Assembly: GCA_963768195.1 (NCBI GenBank)
Contig: CAVYHA010000001.1
Coordinates: forward strand, 321,338-385,337
Reading direction: 5' to 3'
From: an uncultured Planctomycetaceae bacterium
GTDB lineage: Bacteria > Planctomycetota > Planctomycetia > Pirellulales > Thermoguttaceae
Length of the DNA: 64,000 nucleotides
The notes below the pieces were generated by a model that saw nothing but the letters and a program-made list of their open reading frames with translations, ran no database searches and had not been told where the DNA came from. How positions within the stretch are numbered: the stretch's first letter is position 1; every line of letters begins with the position of its first letter. A program made the translations under genes and the position numbers. Of this stretch, positions 43,325 through 51,910 are shown piece by piece.

Positions 43325-44433
43325 ATGACAGATCCAAATCCAAATCCGTCGAACCATTGGGACCAGTTGGCATCCGAGTTGGGGGCCGACATTCCGCCTC
43401 AGCACGAGGAACCTCGACAGTCGGTCGCCGCGCCGCAACCTCCCGCGCCGGCTCCGGTTGCGAAGCCGGCGTCGCCGCGTCCCGAACAGACAAAGACACC
43501 GCCGCCGGCGGCAGGCTGGGACGACTTGGCCCGCGAGTTGGGCCTGGCCCCGCCGCCAGAGGCCACCCCCCCATCCGCGCCGTCGGTAGAGAAGCCTGCC
43601 GCGCCCCGGGCGGAGAAGCCTGCTGCGCCCCGGGCGGAGAAGCCTGCTGCGCCGCCGGTGGAAAGCGTGGCTGCCTCGCCGAGCGCCGTTGAGGCGGCCC
43701 GGCGCAGTTCGGCGGTGCCGGAAGCGGCCGAGGAATCGCCCAACTTCTTCGACGAGCGGTTCGATTTTGAAGAACCCTACGATTTATTGGAATCGTCCGA
43801 AGCGTCGGTGGCCAAGCCGGAAACGACGGAACCGGCGGCCGAGCCGACCGAAAAGCGTCCCCGACGACGCCGACATCGCCGACGACATGTGCGCGATTCC
43901 GAGAAAGGCGATACGCACCGCGAAACCGCGCCGGAAGCAACCGCCGAGCGCCCAGCGACGTCGCCGAGGAAGTCGCCGAAGATTTCGATCGCCCAGCCCC
44001 CCCGGAAGACAGCGAGCCATCCGAAGAAGGACGGCCCGGCGGCGAAGCCGCGAAATCGGAAGAACGCCGTGGGAAGCGGCGTCGTCCGCGTCGCGGAAAG
44101 AAAAGACGTGCCAGCGAGGCGGCTCCCGCGGCAGCCGGCGCGATGGACGACAGCGAAGACGCCGCGGCAGGTCGTCAGTCGCACGACGTGGAAGTGGAAG
44201 CCATGGAGATCGACGAGTTGCCCGCCGACCGCGTCGAGCTGGGCGAAGGCGATGAGGAAGACGGAGATCGTTCCGTGCGCCTTGGTTTCCGCGGCATTCC
44301 CACCTGGGAAGAGGCGATCGGGCTGATCGTGAGCAAGAACCTCGAAGCCCGGGCAAAACGACCCGCCAGCGGATCGCACTCCGGCCGCGGCCGCCGCGGC
44401 CCCCGCGACAAACGCGGACAGGGCGGCAAATGA
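43325..44433 (+). CDS. Low-complexity hypothetical protein (Pro/Ala-rich, Arg-rich and acidic segments); 1-2 frame breaks
   Basis: MTDPNPNPSNHWDQLASELG..., NFFDERFDFEEPYDLLE, and a C-terminal piece (44143..44433) with LGFRGIPTWEEAIGLIVSKNL. No family recognised. Confidence 0.5.
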
Positions 44434-44589
44434 TCGTAGCGCGCCGCCGCGTGCGTGCGGCGATTGCAGCTCAGTGCGTGACGTGGTAGCGCAGCCATCC
44501 CGGCTCGCGACAAGTTCCCCAACCACCTCCGACAACCGTCGCATATCAGCCCACCACCGAAGGCAGCCCGCCTACGAGGAGAACCCACC

Positions 44590-45571
44590 ATGTGGGCAAT
44601 TTGCCGGAACTTTAGAGCCTGGTCGGTCGCGATGCTCGCGGTCCAGTTTCTGCCTGTGCAGGGCCAGTGCCGCGCCGCAGAGCAAGAAGGGACCGGCAAG
44701 GAGAATACGATCTCGTTCGATCTTGGCAAAGACGTGAAACTGGAGATGATCTTGATTCCGGCCGGCTCGTTCGTGATGGGCAACGCCGAGGGGGCGGCCG
44801 ATCAGCAACCGGTCCACAAGGTGACGCTCACGCGGCCCTTCTACATGGGCAAGTACAAAGTCACGCTAGCCCAGATGGAGGCGCTCATGGGGCCGCGGCG
44901 GCGGTTCGGCGGCCCCGGCGGGCAAGGAGGCGATCCCACGTCACCAGCGAATCCCGGCGCAAGCCAATCCCGCCGCGCAGCCCGCGGCAACTGCCGAGCG
45001 CGGAACGGCCGCCCCGGCAAGTCCGCCGGCCTCAACCGATTCGGTCCCCAAGGGCATGCGCGCCTTTGCCCCGCAGAACCCCCGCAACCCGGTCACCTTC
45101 GCGACTTGGGAAAGCGCACAGTCGTTTATCAAGAAGCTCAACGAGAAGTTCGCCGACGCGGGCGGCAAGTTCGCCCTGCCCACCGAGGCCCAGTGGGAAT
45201 ATGCCTGCCGGGCCGGTACGAGCACCCTGTACTACTTCGGCGATTCGAAGGCGGACCTGAACGACTATGCCTGGTCGCGCGACGTCGCCGGCGGCAAGGC
45301 CCATCCGGTCGGTGAGAAGAAGCCCAACGCCTGGGGCCTTTACGATATGCTGGGAAACACGTGGGAATGGTGCGAAGACTGGTATCAGCGCGACTATTAC
45401 AAGCACTCGCCTACGGAAGACCCGACCGGCCCGGCCGATGGCCTGGCCCGCGTACTTCGCGGCGGCGGCTGGAACGACGATCCGATCTATTGCACTTGTT
45501 TTTTCCGCAACCGCAACGTCCCCCAGGGCGCCAGCTACGATCAAGGATTTCGCGTCATTTTCGTCAAGTAA
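44590..45571 (+). CDS. Formylglycine-generating enzyme (SUMF1/FGE-sulfatase) domain protein, paralog 1, with an internal low-complexity insert; 1-2 frame breaks
   Basis: LEMILIPAGSFVMGN...QPVHKVTLTRPFYMGKYKVT. In the 45056.. frame: FALPTEAQWEYACRAG, KPNAWGLYDMLGNTWEWCEDWY, VLRGGGW and GFRV. Confidence 0.8.
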
Positions 45572-45591
45572 GGCCGTGCACGATTGACGTT

Positions 45592-45644
45592 GTGGTGCAG
45601 GCGTCCCGCCTGCATTTCGTGCGCAGGCGGGATGCCTGCACCAC
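45592..45644 (+). terminator. 22-bp-stem hairpin between the SUMF1 paralogs (possible terminator or REP-like element; no T-tract)
   Basis: GTGGTGCAGGCGTCCCGCCTGC (45592-45613) pairs with GCAGGCGGGATGCCTGCACCAC (45623-45644) with one G-U pair and a 9-nt loop. It starts 21 nt after the stop at 45571. Confidence 0.4.
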
Positions 45645-45686
45645 AAAGCTTGCGTGTTCCGGCTGAACGCTTTGGAGGAAGAACCT

Positions 45687-46497
45687 ATGCAGGCGAAAAC
45701 TCGAACACTCCTCGGCATGTCGGCCGCTGTGATGGCGATTCTCATGGCATCGGCCGGCGCGGACACACCGGCGGGCAATCCGAAGGACACGATCGCCCTG
45801 GACCTTGGCAGCGGCGTAAAGTTGGAGATGGTGTTGATTCCGGCCGGCTCGTTCATGATGGGCGACCCGGCCGGCGCCGAAGACGAGCGGCCCGTCCACA
45901 AAGTGACCATCTCGCAGCCCTTCCATCTCGGCAAGTACGTGGTCACGCAGCAGCAATGGGACGCGTTGATGCCGAGCAATCCAAGTGTGTATCGCGGCCC
46001 GCGGAACCCGGTTGAACAGCGTCGGCTGGCCCGAGTGTCAGGTGTTCCTCGAGAAGCTCAACGCGAAGTTTGCCGCCTCGGGCGTCAAGTTCGGCCTGCC
46101 CACCGAGGCCCAATGGGAATATGCCTGCCGGGCCGGCGGCAGCGGCAAGTTCTTTTTCGGCGACGACGACAGCCAACTGGCGGACTACGCCTGGTTTGCC
46201 GGCAATTCGGGCGGAACGACGCACCCTGTGGGAGCCAAGAAGCCGAACGCCTGGGGCCTCTATGACATGCACGGCAACGTGTGCCAGTGGTGCGCCGATT
46301 GGTACGCGCCCGATTACTATCAGAACTCTCCCGCCGCCGATCCGCCCGGCGTGGCTTTGAGTTATCACCGCGTGGTTCGCGGCGGCTGCTTCGATCAGTT
46401 CGCGTCGCATTGCCGCACGGCGTACCGCAACATGAACGACCCGGCCGACCGGAACGACAACGTCGGCTTCCGCGTGATGTGCATGCCGGCCCGGTAG
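45687..46497 (+). CDS. Formylglycine-generating enzyme (SUMF1/FGE-sulfatase) domain protein, paralog 2; 1 frame break (~46015)
   Basis: Signal peptide MQAKTRTLLGMSAAVMAILMASAGA. LEMVLIPAGSFMMGD...RPVHKVTISQPFHLGKYVVT, FGLPTEAQWEYACRAG, KPNAWGLYDMHGNVCQWCADWY, VVRGGCF and GFRV. Confidence 0.8.
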
Positions 46498-46517
46498 ACG
46501 CGGCATCTTGCCGCGTC
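46497..46517. repeat. GACGCGGCATCTTGCCGCGTC hairpin (9-bp stem, 3-nt loop); likely bidirectional terminator
   Basis: It overlaps the stop of the + strand SUMF1 gene and lies 58 nt downstream of the - strand GT39 stop. Identical copies occur at 51831 and 54618. Confidence 0.6.
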
Positions 46518-46574
46518 ATTTGCAACGGAACCACTACGACTAAGTGTCAGGTCAATTTGGTGTCCGTCCTGCTG

Positions 46575-49368
46575 CTAAGGGTGGTCGGAATGCGGGGCGG
46601 TCGATGGTGGCATCTCGTGATAGGGCATTTGCGCTTCGTACAGGGCAATCTTGGCCTTGATCGATTCCGCCAACGGCTGCTTGTTCTGTTCGGTGGCCAG
46701 TTGCAAGGCTTTGCGCTGTTTGCACGGCCTCGGAGAATCGCCCCGCCTCCGCATAGGCGGCCGCCAGGGTGTCGAGAACGTTCGCATCACGGTCGCCGCT
46801 AAGCTCCATCAACCGTTGCGCCCATTTCACCGCCTCGGCCCCGTCGCGGAAGGACGCCTCCGGACAGGTCGCACGCAACCACGCCAGGTTGTTCAAAGCC
46901 TCTTCGTGGTCGGGCTTGACTTTCAGAGTCTGCCGGTAATGTTCGATGGCCTCCTCAATCTGGCCCCGACCGGCCAGCGCCAGGCCAAGGTTGTAGTGAG
47001 CGTCTGCAAAGTCCGGCTCGATCTCCAAGGCCTTGCGGAAACAGTCGATCGCCTCGTCAATTTTCCCCCGCCCGGCCAGAATCGTGCCGAGGTTGTTACG
47101 GGGCTCGGCGTAGCCAGGGTTGATCGCCAGGGCCTTCTGATAACGGGACATGGCTTCATCGAGTTGTCCGCGAGCCGCCAGCGCCAAGCCGAGGCGATAG
47201 TGGGCCTCCGCATAGTCGGGCTTGATCGCCAGGGCCTTCTGATGATGGGACATGGCTCCATCGACTTGTCCGCGAGCCGCCAGCGCCAAGCCGAGGCGAT
47301 AGTGGGCCTCCGCATAGTCGGGCTTAATCGCCAGGGCCTTCTGATAATGGGACATGGCTTCATCGACTTGTCCGCGAGCCGCCAGCGCCAGGCCGAGGCT
47401 ATAGTGGGCCTCCGCAAAGTAGGGCTTGATTTCCACCGCCTTCCGGTACTCGGTGATCGCCTCGTCGAGCCGCCCGAGCCGTGCAAGAATCAAGCCAAGG
47501 TTGTTGTGGGCCTCCGCAAAGTCGGGCTTGATTTCCACCGCCTTCCGGTACTCGGTGATCGCCTCGTCGAGCCGGCCGAGCCGTGTAAAAATCAAGCCAA
47601 GGTTGCAGTGGGCGGCCGCGAAGTCGGGCCTGATTTCCAACGCCTTCCGGTAATGGGCGATGGCCTTGTCGAGCCGGCCGGAGTCATCGAGATCGATGTC
47701 CACGTTCGGGTAGATAAAGATGCTGTACCCGATCTTGGCAACCGGTTCTCGATTCCGCAGCGCGGCATACATGTCTATGTCCGGGAGAGACGCGCCCTGG
47801 AGATGTGTCGCGCTTACGGCAACATAGGCCGGAACGGTGATTTCCGGAGCTTCCTTCTGATCGCGCGGCGGTTCCAACAGCGTGCAGCCCGGCAGCGGCT
47901 CGTACGCGATGCCATACCGCTGAGGGCTGTCCGAGCCGGAGTAGCTCAGGAGGACCTTCGGGATGTGATGCTCACGCATGTACCGACCAAGGCCCTTCAG
48001 GTCTTGGCCCCAGTCAAGATCGCAATCCACGAAATACTTGTAGCCGTTCTCCGGCCCGCCCACGAGTTCGTTGAAGTAGGCGAGGTAGTGGGGATGGATG
48101 TAAAGGGATGCGCCGAGGTACCATAGCGCCAGCCCGCCGCAGAGGATGGCCACGATCTTTCTCGACAAGAGGTATGTGATTCCGCCGGCAATGAACACGA
48201 AAAGGAACGGATACATTGGAAGGAGATAACGCAAGCCGCGGCATTGGGCGTGGACGGCAAACAGAGCGAAGATCGCCAAAGCCGGCGCCAGGAGAAACGT
48301 TTCGGAAATCCACTCTCCCCGGACGGCCTTCTTGACAAAGACCCAAATCGCCACCACCAGACCGATCATCGCGGCGATCGGCGTCTTCAGCAGAAATGAC
48401 GTGGTGTAGAAATAGCAACCCCATCGGCACGGCAGGCACTCGCCGCAAAGAAAGACCCACTGCGGCCGGCTGACATATTCCCGCTGATACTGAAGACCGG
48501 CGAAATACGGCTCGAGGTTCCCCCGGTAGCCCAGCAGGAATACCGCGAGCCCAACGGCGCCGAAGATGAGGCAGCCGCGCCAGGGCAGCGATTTGGTCTG
48601 GAAAAACCAGAACAGGGCCAGTACGACACAAAGAGGCACAAGCAGCACCGCGGTATACTTTGACAGCAGCGCAAGGCCCAGGGCGATGCCCGCAACAATG
48701 GCGACGGATAACCGATCTTCTCGAAGCATCCGCCAAAAATAATAAACGGTGGCAAAGAAGAATGTCGTCAGCGCGATATCCGGCGTGATGAGCCGCGCAT
48801 GGGCGAGAATATTGGGACAGAAACTGTAGAGGACCACGGCGATGACGGCGCCGGAGTTGCCGTACAGCGCAAAGCTCCAAGAGAAAACATACCAGCCCAG
48901 AAGCAGGGCCACGAGCACCATCATCAGCCGCGCGAGCGTCAGCAGCCGGTCTCCGTCGTTTGCCGGACTGGAAAGGATCGCCCGCCCCCGCTCGATATCG
49001 AGTATCGTGCGATAGTGCGGGTTGCGATGCCACCGCGGATCTTGCTTCCACAGGGTGTCATCCGTTGAAACAAACAACAGCGGAACGCTGTGGAGGTAGT
49101 AGGACAACGGCGGATGCAGGATCGAGCCGGGCACATCCCATCGACCGGTTTGCAGCAGGTATTTTCCCAGGCCGAAGTAGTGTGTCTCGTCAAAGGTTGA
49201 CGATTCCTGCACCATGCTCGTCGTGGCCCTGACGGCGAAGACGATCAGGCAAAGCAGGAATACGATCCAGGCGCCGGGTCTTATGGAACGATGCGGTGGC
49301 GCAGGAACACCGGTTCGATCAGCCGCGACCGGAGTCTCTTGACTGTCGGATTCTGCTTCCTTCGCCAA
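46575..49368 (-). CDS. GT-C fold glycosyltransferase (family 39-like) fused to a C-terminal TPR array; 1 frame break near the 3' end (~46790)
   Basis: Loop-1 motif ESSTFDETHYFGLGKYLL and about 11 TM helices. TPR units such as AIAHYRKALEIRPDFAAAHCNLGL repeat about 9 times. The corrected C-terminus (ORF 46575..46790) reads ALQLATEQNKQPLAESIKAKIALYEAQMPYHEMPPSTAPHSDHP. Confidence 0.8.
47063..47674 (-). repeat. Tandem 102-bp TPR-coding repeats inside the GT39/TPR gene
   Basis: TTGTCCGCGAGCCGCCAGCGCC recurs at 47165, 47267 and 47369. CTCGTCGAGCCG..CCGAGCCGTG recurs at 47461 and 47563. The period is 102 nt. Confidence 0.85.
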
Positions 49369-49593
49369 ATCAGGCTCCCTTCGATGCGATATCGCTGAAG
49401 CCTACCCGGCATTTCTGCCGTGATCGGGCTTGAGCTACCAACAGTGGATCGACCACCACTGAGGGGCGTGCCGTCCTCCGCGAAGCCGACCTGGCATCGA
49501 GCGTCAACTTCTATCGGTGGCGACGCTTCATGGGCCTGAAAACAGTAATAGTATAGCCCAATCCCTTTCTCGTGACCACAAAGTCACTCGTCA

Positions 49594-51816
49594 TTAAGGC
49601 TGGGCTGAACCGGGCGCCGATGCTGTTTGCATTTCGCGAACGGGAGTTCCCGCTTCGTACAGCGGGATCTTGGCCTTCAAGGACGCCGCCAGCGGCTGCT
49701 TGCCCTGTTTGGTGGCCAAGGCCAGGGCCTGCTCGGCCGTCTTGACGGCCTCGGGAAATCGCCCTGCCTCGGCATAGGCGGCGGCCAAGGTGCCCAGAAC
49801 GGCCGGCTCCCGCCCGTCGGAGAGTTGCACCGCCCGTTGGGCCAGCTCGACGGCTTCCTCGCCGTTGCGGATCGAAGCGTTCGGGTTGGTCGCCAAGATC
49901 CAGGCCATTTCGTTCAGCGAGGCGATGTCGTCCGGATGCGAGCGCAGCAATTCACGCCGCTCGGCCAGCCCCTTCAGGATTTTTTCCCGCTGGGACCGGG
50001 CAATGCCGAGGTTGTTGTGGGCATCGGCAAGATCGGGCTTGACTTCCAGGGCCTTCTGGTAGTGAGCCATCGCCTCGTCGAACCGTCCGCTCCGCGCCAA
50101 AGCGATCCCGAGGTTGTAGTGGGTGTCGGCAGAGCCGGGCTTGAGTTCCAGTGCTTTACGGAACTGGGCGATCGCCGTGTCCACCTGTCCGCGATTGACA
50201 AGAGCTATGCCCAGGTTGTTGTACGCCAGCGCGTCGTTGGGATCGATTTCCAGGGCCTTTTGGTAGTGGGTGATCGCCTCGTCGTACCGACCGCACCGTG
50301 CCAAAAGGATCCCGAGATTGTCGTGGGCCTGCGTATAGTCGGGGTTGATTTCCAGGGCCTTCTGGCAATGGATGATCGCCTCGTCGAAGCGTCCGCGACC
50401 CCTCAGAGCCGCGCCGAGGTTGTTGTGGGCGTACGCGTAGTCGGGCTTGATTTCCAAGGCCTTCTCGTAGTGGGCGATCGCTTCGTCAGCTTGCCCGCGG
50501 TCAGCCAGAACGAGGCCCAAATTGTTATGGGCCATCCAACAACCTGGATTGCCATTGACGATTGCCTGATAAAACGTCTTGGCATCGGCGTAGACGTGGC
50601 TCTGCCGCCAGGTCAAGACGGCCAAGGCGGCCAACGAGGCGAGACACAACGCGTAGCCGGTCGGCCGATGCCAGAGCGGGCGGCCCAGTGTTGCCGTCAC
50701 GGCAGCGAAAATCGCGCAAGGCACGATCATCGCCGCATACTGCCAGTGATCTGCCACCAGAGAATATTCCATGTAGGAGATGTTCACGAAGCCCAGCACC
50801 GGCAGCAAGAGCCCCACGTAGCAGACCATCAGCATCACCACCGGGCGGCCCCAGCCGCGCCGCTGCCACCAACCTACGGCCAGAATCGCCACCAGCAACA
50901 CGCCCGGCAGATAGGACAGCACGTCGCGCGGGTCGATGCTCCAGCGCGGGTACACAGGAATCAGTTTGACCGGCCAAATCAGCTTCCCAAGGTAGAACCA
51001 CACCGCGCAGCCCGCCACCGCGGCGCGGCTCAGAAGACTGTCGGAACGCACCGTGGTCTCTCCACCCCCTACGAAGTGCTGCCCCCACACTTCCAGGCAG
51101 GTCATCAGCGCGCCGATCAGCAGGAAGGGAAGAACTCGCAGCAAGTCGTGCCGTCCGATGCGGCCTCGCTGCCACCAGGCGCACGCCAGCAACACCACCG
51201 GCAGCGTCAGCACCATGCCCTTGGCCAACGTTGACAGCAAAAACCCGGCGATCGACAACACCATGCACCACCGCTTCCCCTTTTCCTCGGAGAGCAGGTA
51301 AAGGAGCACGGAGAGCAGCGCTAGCAATAGGGAGAGAATGTTTTTGAGCTGCGTGATCCAGGCCACACTCTCGACGTTCACCGGATGGAGCGCGAAGAGG
51401 GCCGCCGCGAACATCGCCCCGGGCGCATTGAGTTGCAAGAGAATCCGCCACACCAATAGCGCCGAGATGGCATGCAGCGCAATGTTCACGAGGTGGAAGC
51501 CGAGCGGATCGAGACCCCAGATGTCGAACTGGAGCCGGTAAGCGGTAAACGTCAGCGGCCAGTAATTGAGGTACGTGCCGGGCACCCACGTCTTGAGCAG
51601 GCCGCCGGGTTTGAGGACCGGATTGTTCAGCAGGTGCGCATCATCGTCCAAGATGAACCCGCCCCGCCAGGCCGGCTGGTAGACCAGGAAAACCGCGACC
51701 ACCAAGGCGACGACGAACAACCAGTCCTTGAGCCCGAACGGCCGGGCCGCGGCTGGAGAGTCTCGCCGGGGTGTTGGCGGTCGGGCCAATGAGGATTGAC
51801 GGTTGCGACGTATCAT
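49594..51816 (-). CDS. GT-C fold (TMTC/DUF1736-like) membrane glycosyltransferase with a C-terminal TPR array, paralog A
   Basis: Start set at MIRRNRQSS (51816) to match the paralog start MKRRNRQSS and to exclude the hairpin. Loop-1 motif WRGGFILDDDAHLLNNP, and HLVNIALHAISALLVWRIL. About 7 TPR units. Intact ORF. Confidence 0.8.
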   Translation of the reverse strand: MIRRNRQSSLARPPTPRRDSPAAARPFGLKDWLFVVALVVAVFLVYQPAWRGGFILDDDAHLLNNPVLKPGGLLKTWVPGTYLNYWPLTFTAYRLQFDIWGLDPLGFHLVNIALHAISALLVWRILLQLNAPGAMFAAALFALHPVNVESVAWITQLKNILSLLLALLSVLLYLLSEEKGKRWCMVLSIAGFLLSTLAKGMVLTLPVVLLACAWWQRGRIGRHDLLRVLPFLLIGALMTCLEVWGQHFVGGGETTVRSDSLLSRAAVAGCAVWFYLGKLIWPVKLIPVYPRWSIDPRDVLSYLPGVLLVAILAVGWWQRRGWGRPVVMLMVCYVGLLLPVLGFVNISYMEYSLVADHWQYAAMIVPCAIFAAVTATLGRPLWHRPTGYALCLASLAALAVLTWRQSHVYADAKTFYQAIVNGNPGCWMAHNNLGLVLADRGQADEAIAHYEKALEIKPDYAYAHNNLGAALRGRGRFDEAIIHCQKALEINPDYTQAHDNLGILLARCGRYDEAITHYQKALEIDPNDALAYNNLGIALVNRGQVDTAIAQFRKALELKPGSADTHYNLGIALARSGRFDEAMAHYQKALEVKPDLADAHNNLGIARSQREKILKGLAERRELLRSHPDDIASLNEMAWILATNPNASIRNGEEAVELAQRAVQLSDGREPAVLGTLAAAYAEAGRFPEAVKTAEQALALATKQGKQPLAASLKAKIPLYEAGTPVREMQTASAPGSAQP

Positions 51817-51830
51817 AAGCTCAAAAAGTA

Positions 51831-51851
51831 GACGCGGCATCTTGCCGCGTC
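51831..51851. repeat. GACGCGGCATCTTGCCGCGTC hairpin, copy 2
   Basis: It lies 60 nt downstream of the stop of paralog B (51911) and 15 nt upstream of the start of paralog A. Confidence 0.6.
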
Positions 51852-51910
51852 ATGTCCGACGGAATCACTATGAGTAGGTGTCGAGTCGATTTGGTGTCCG
51901 TCCTGCGCGC

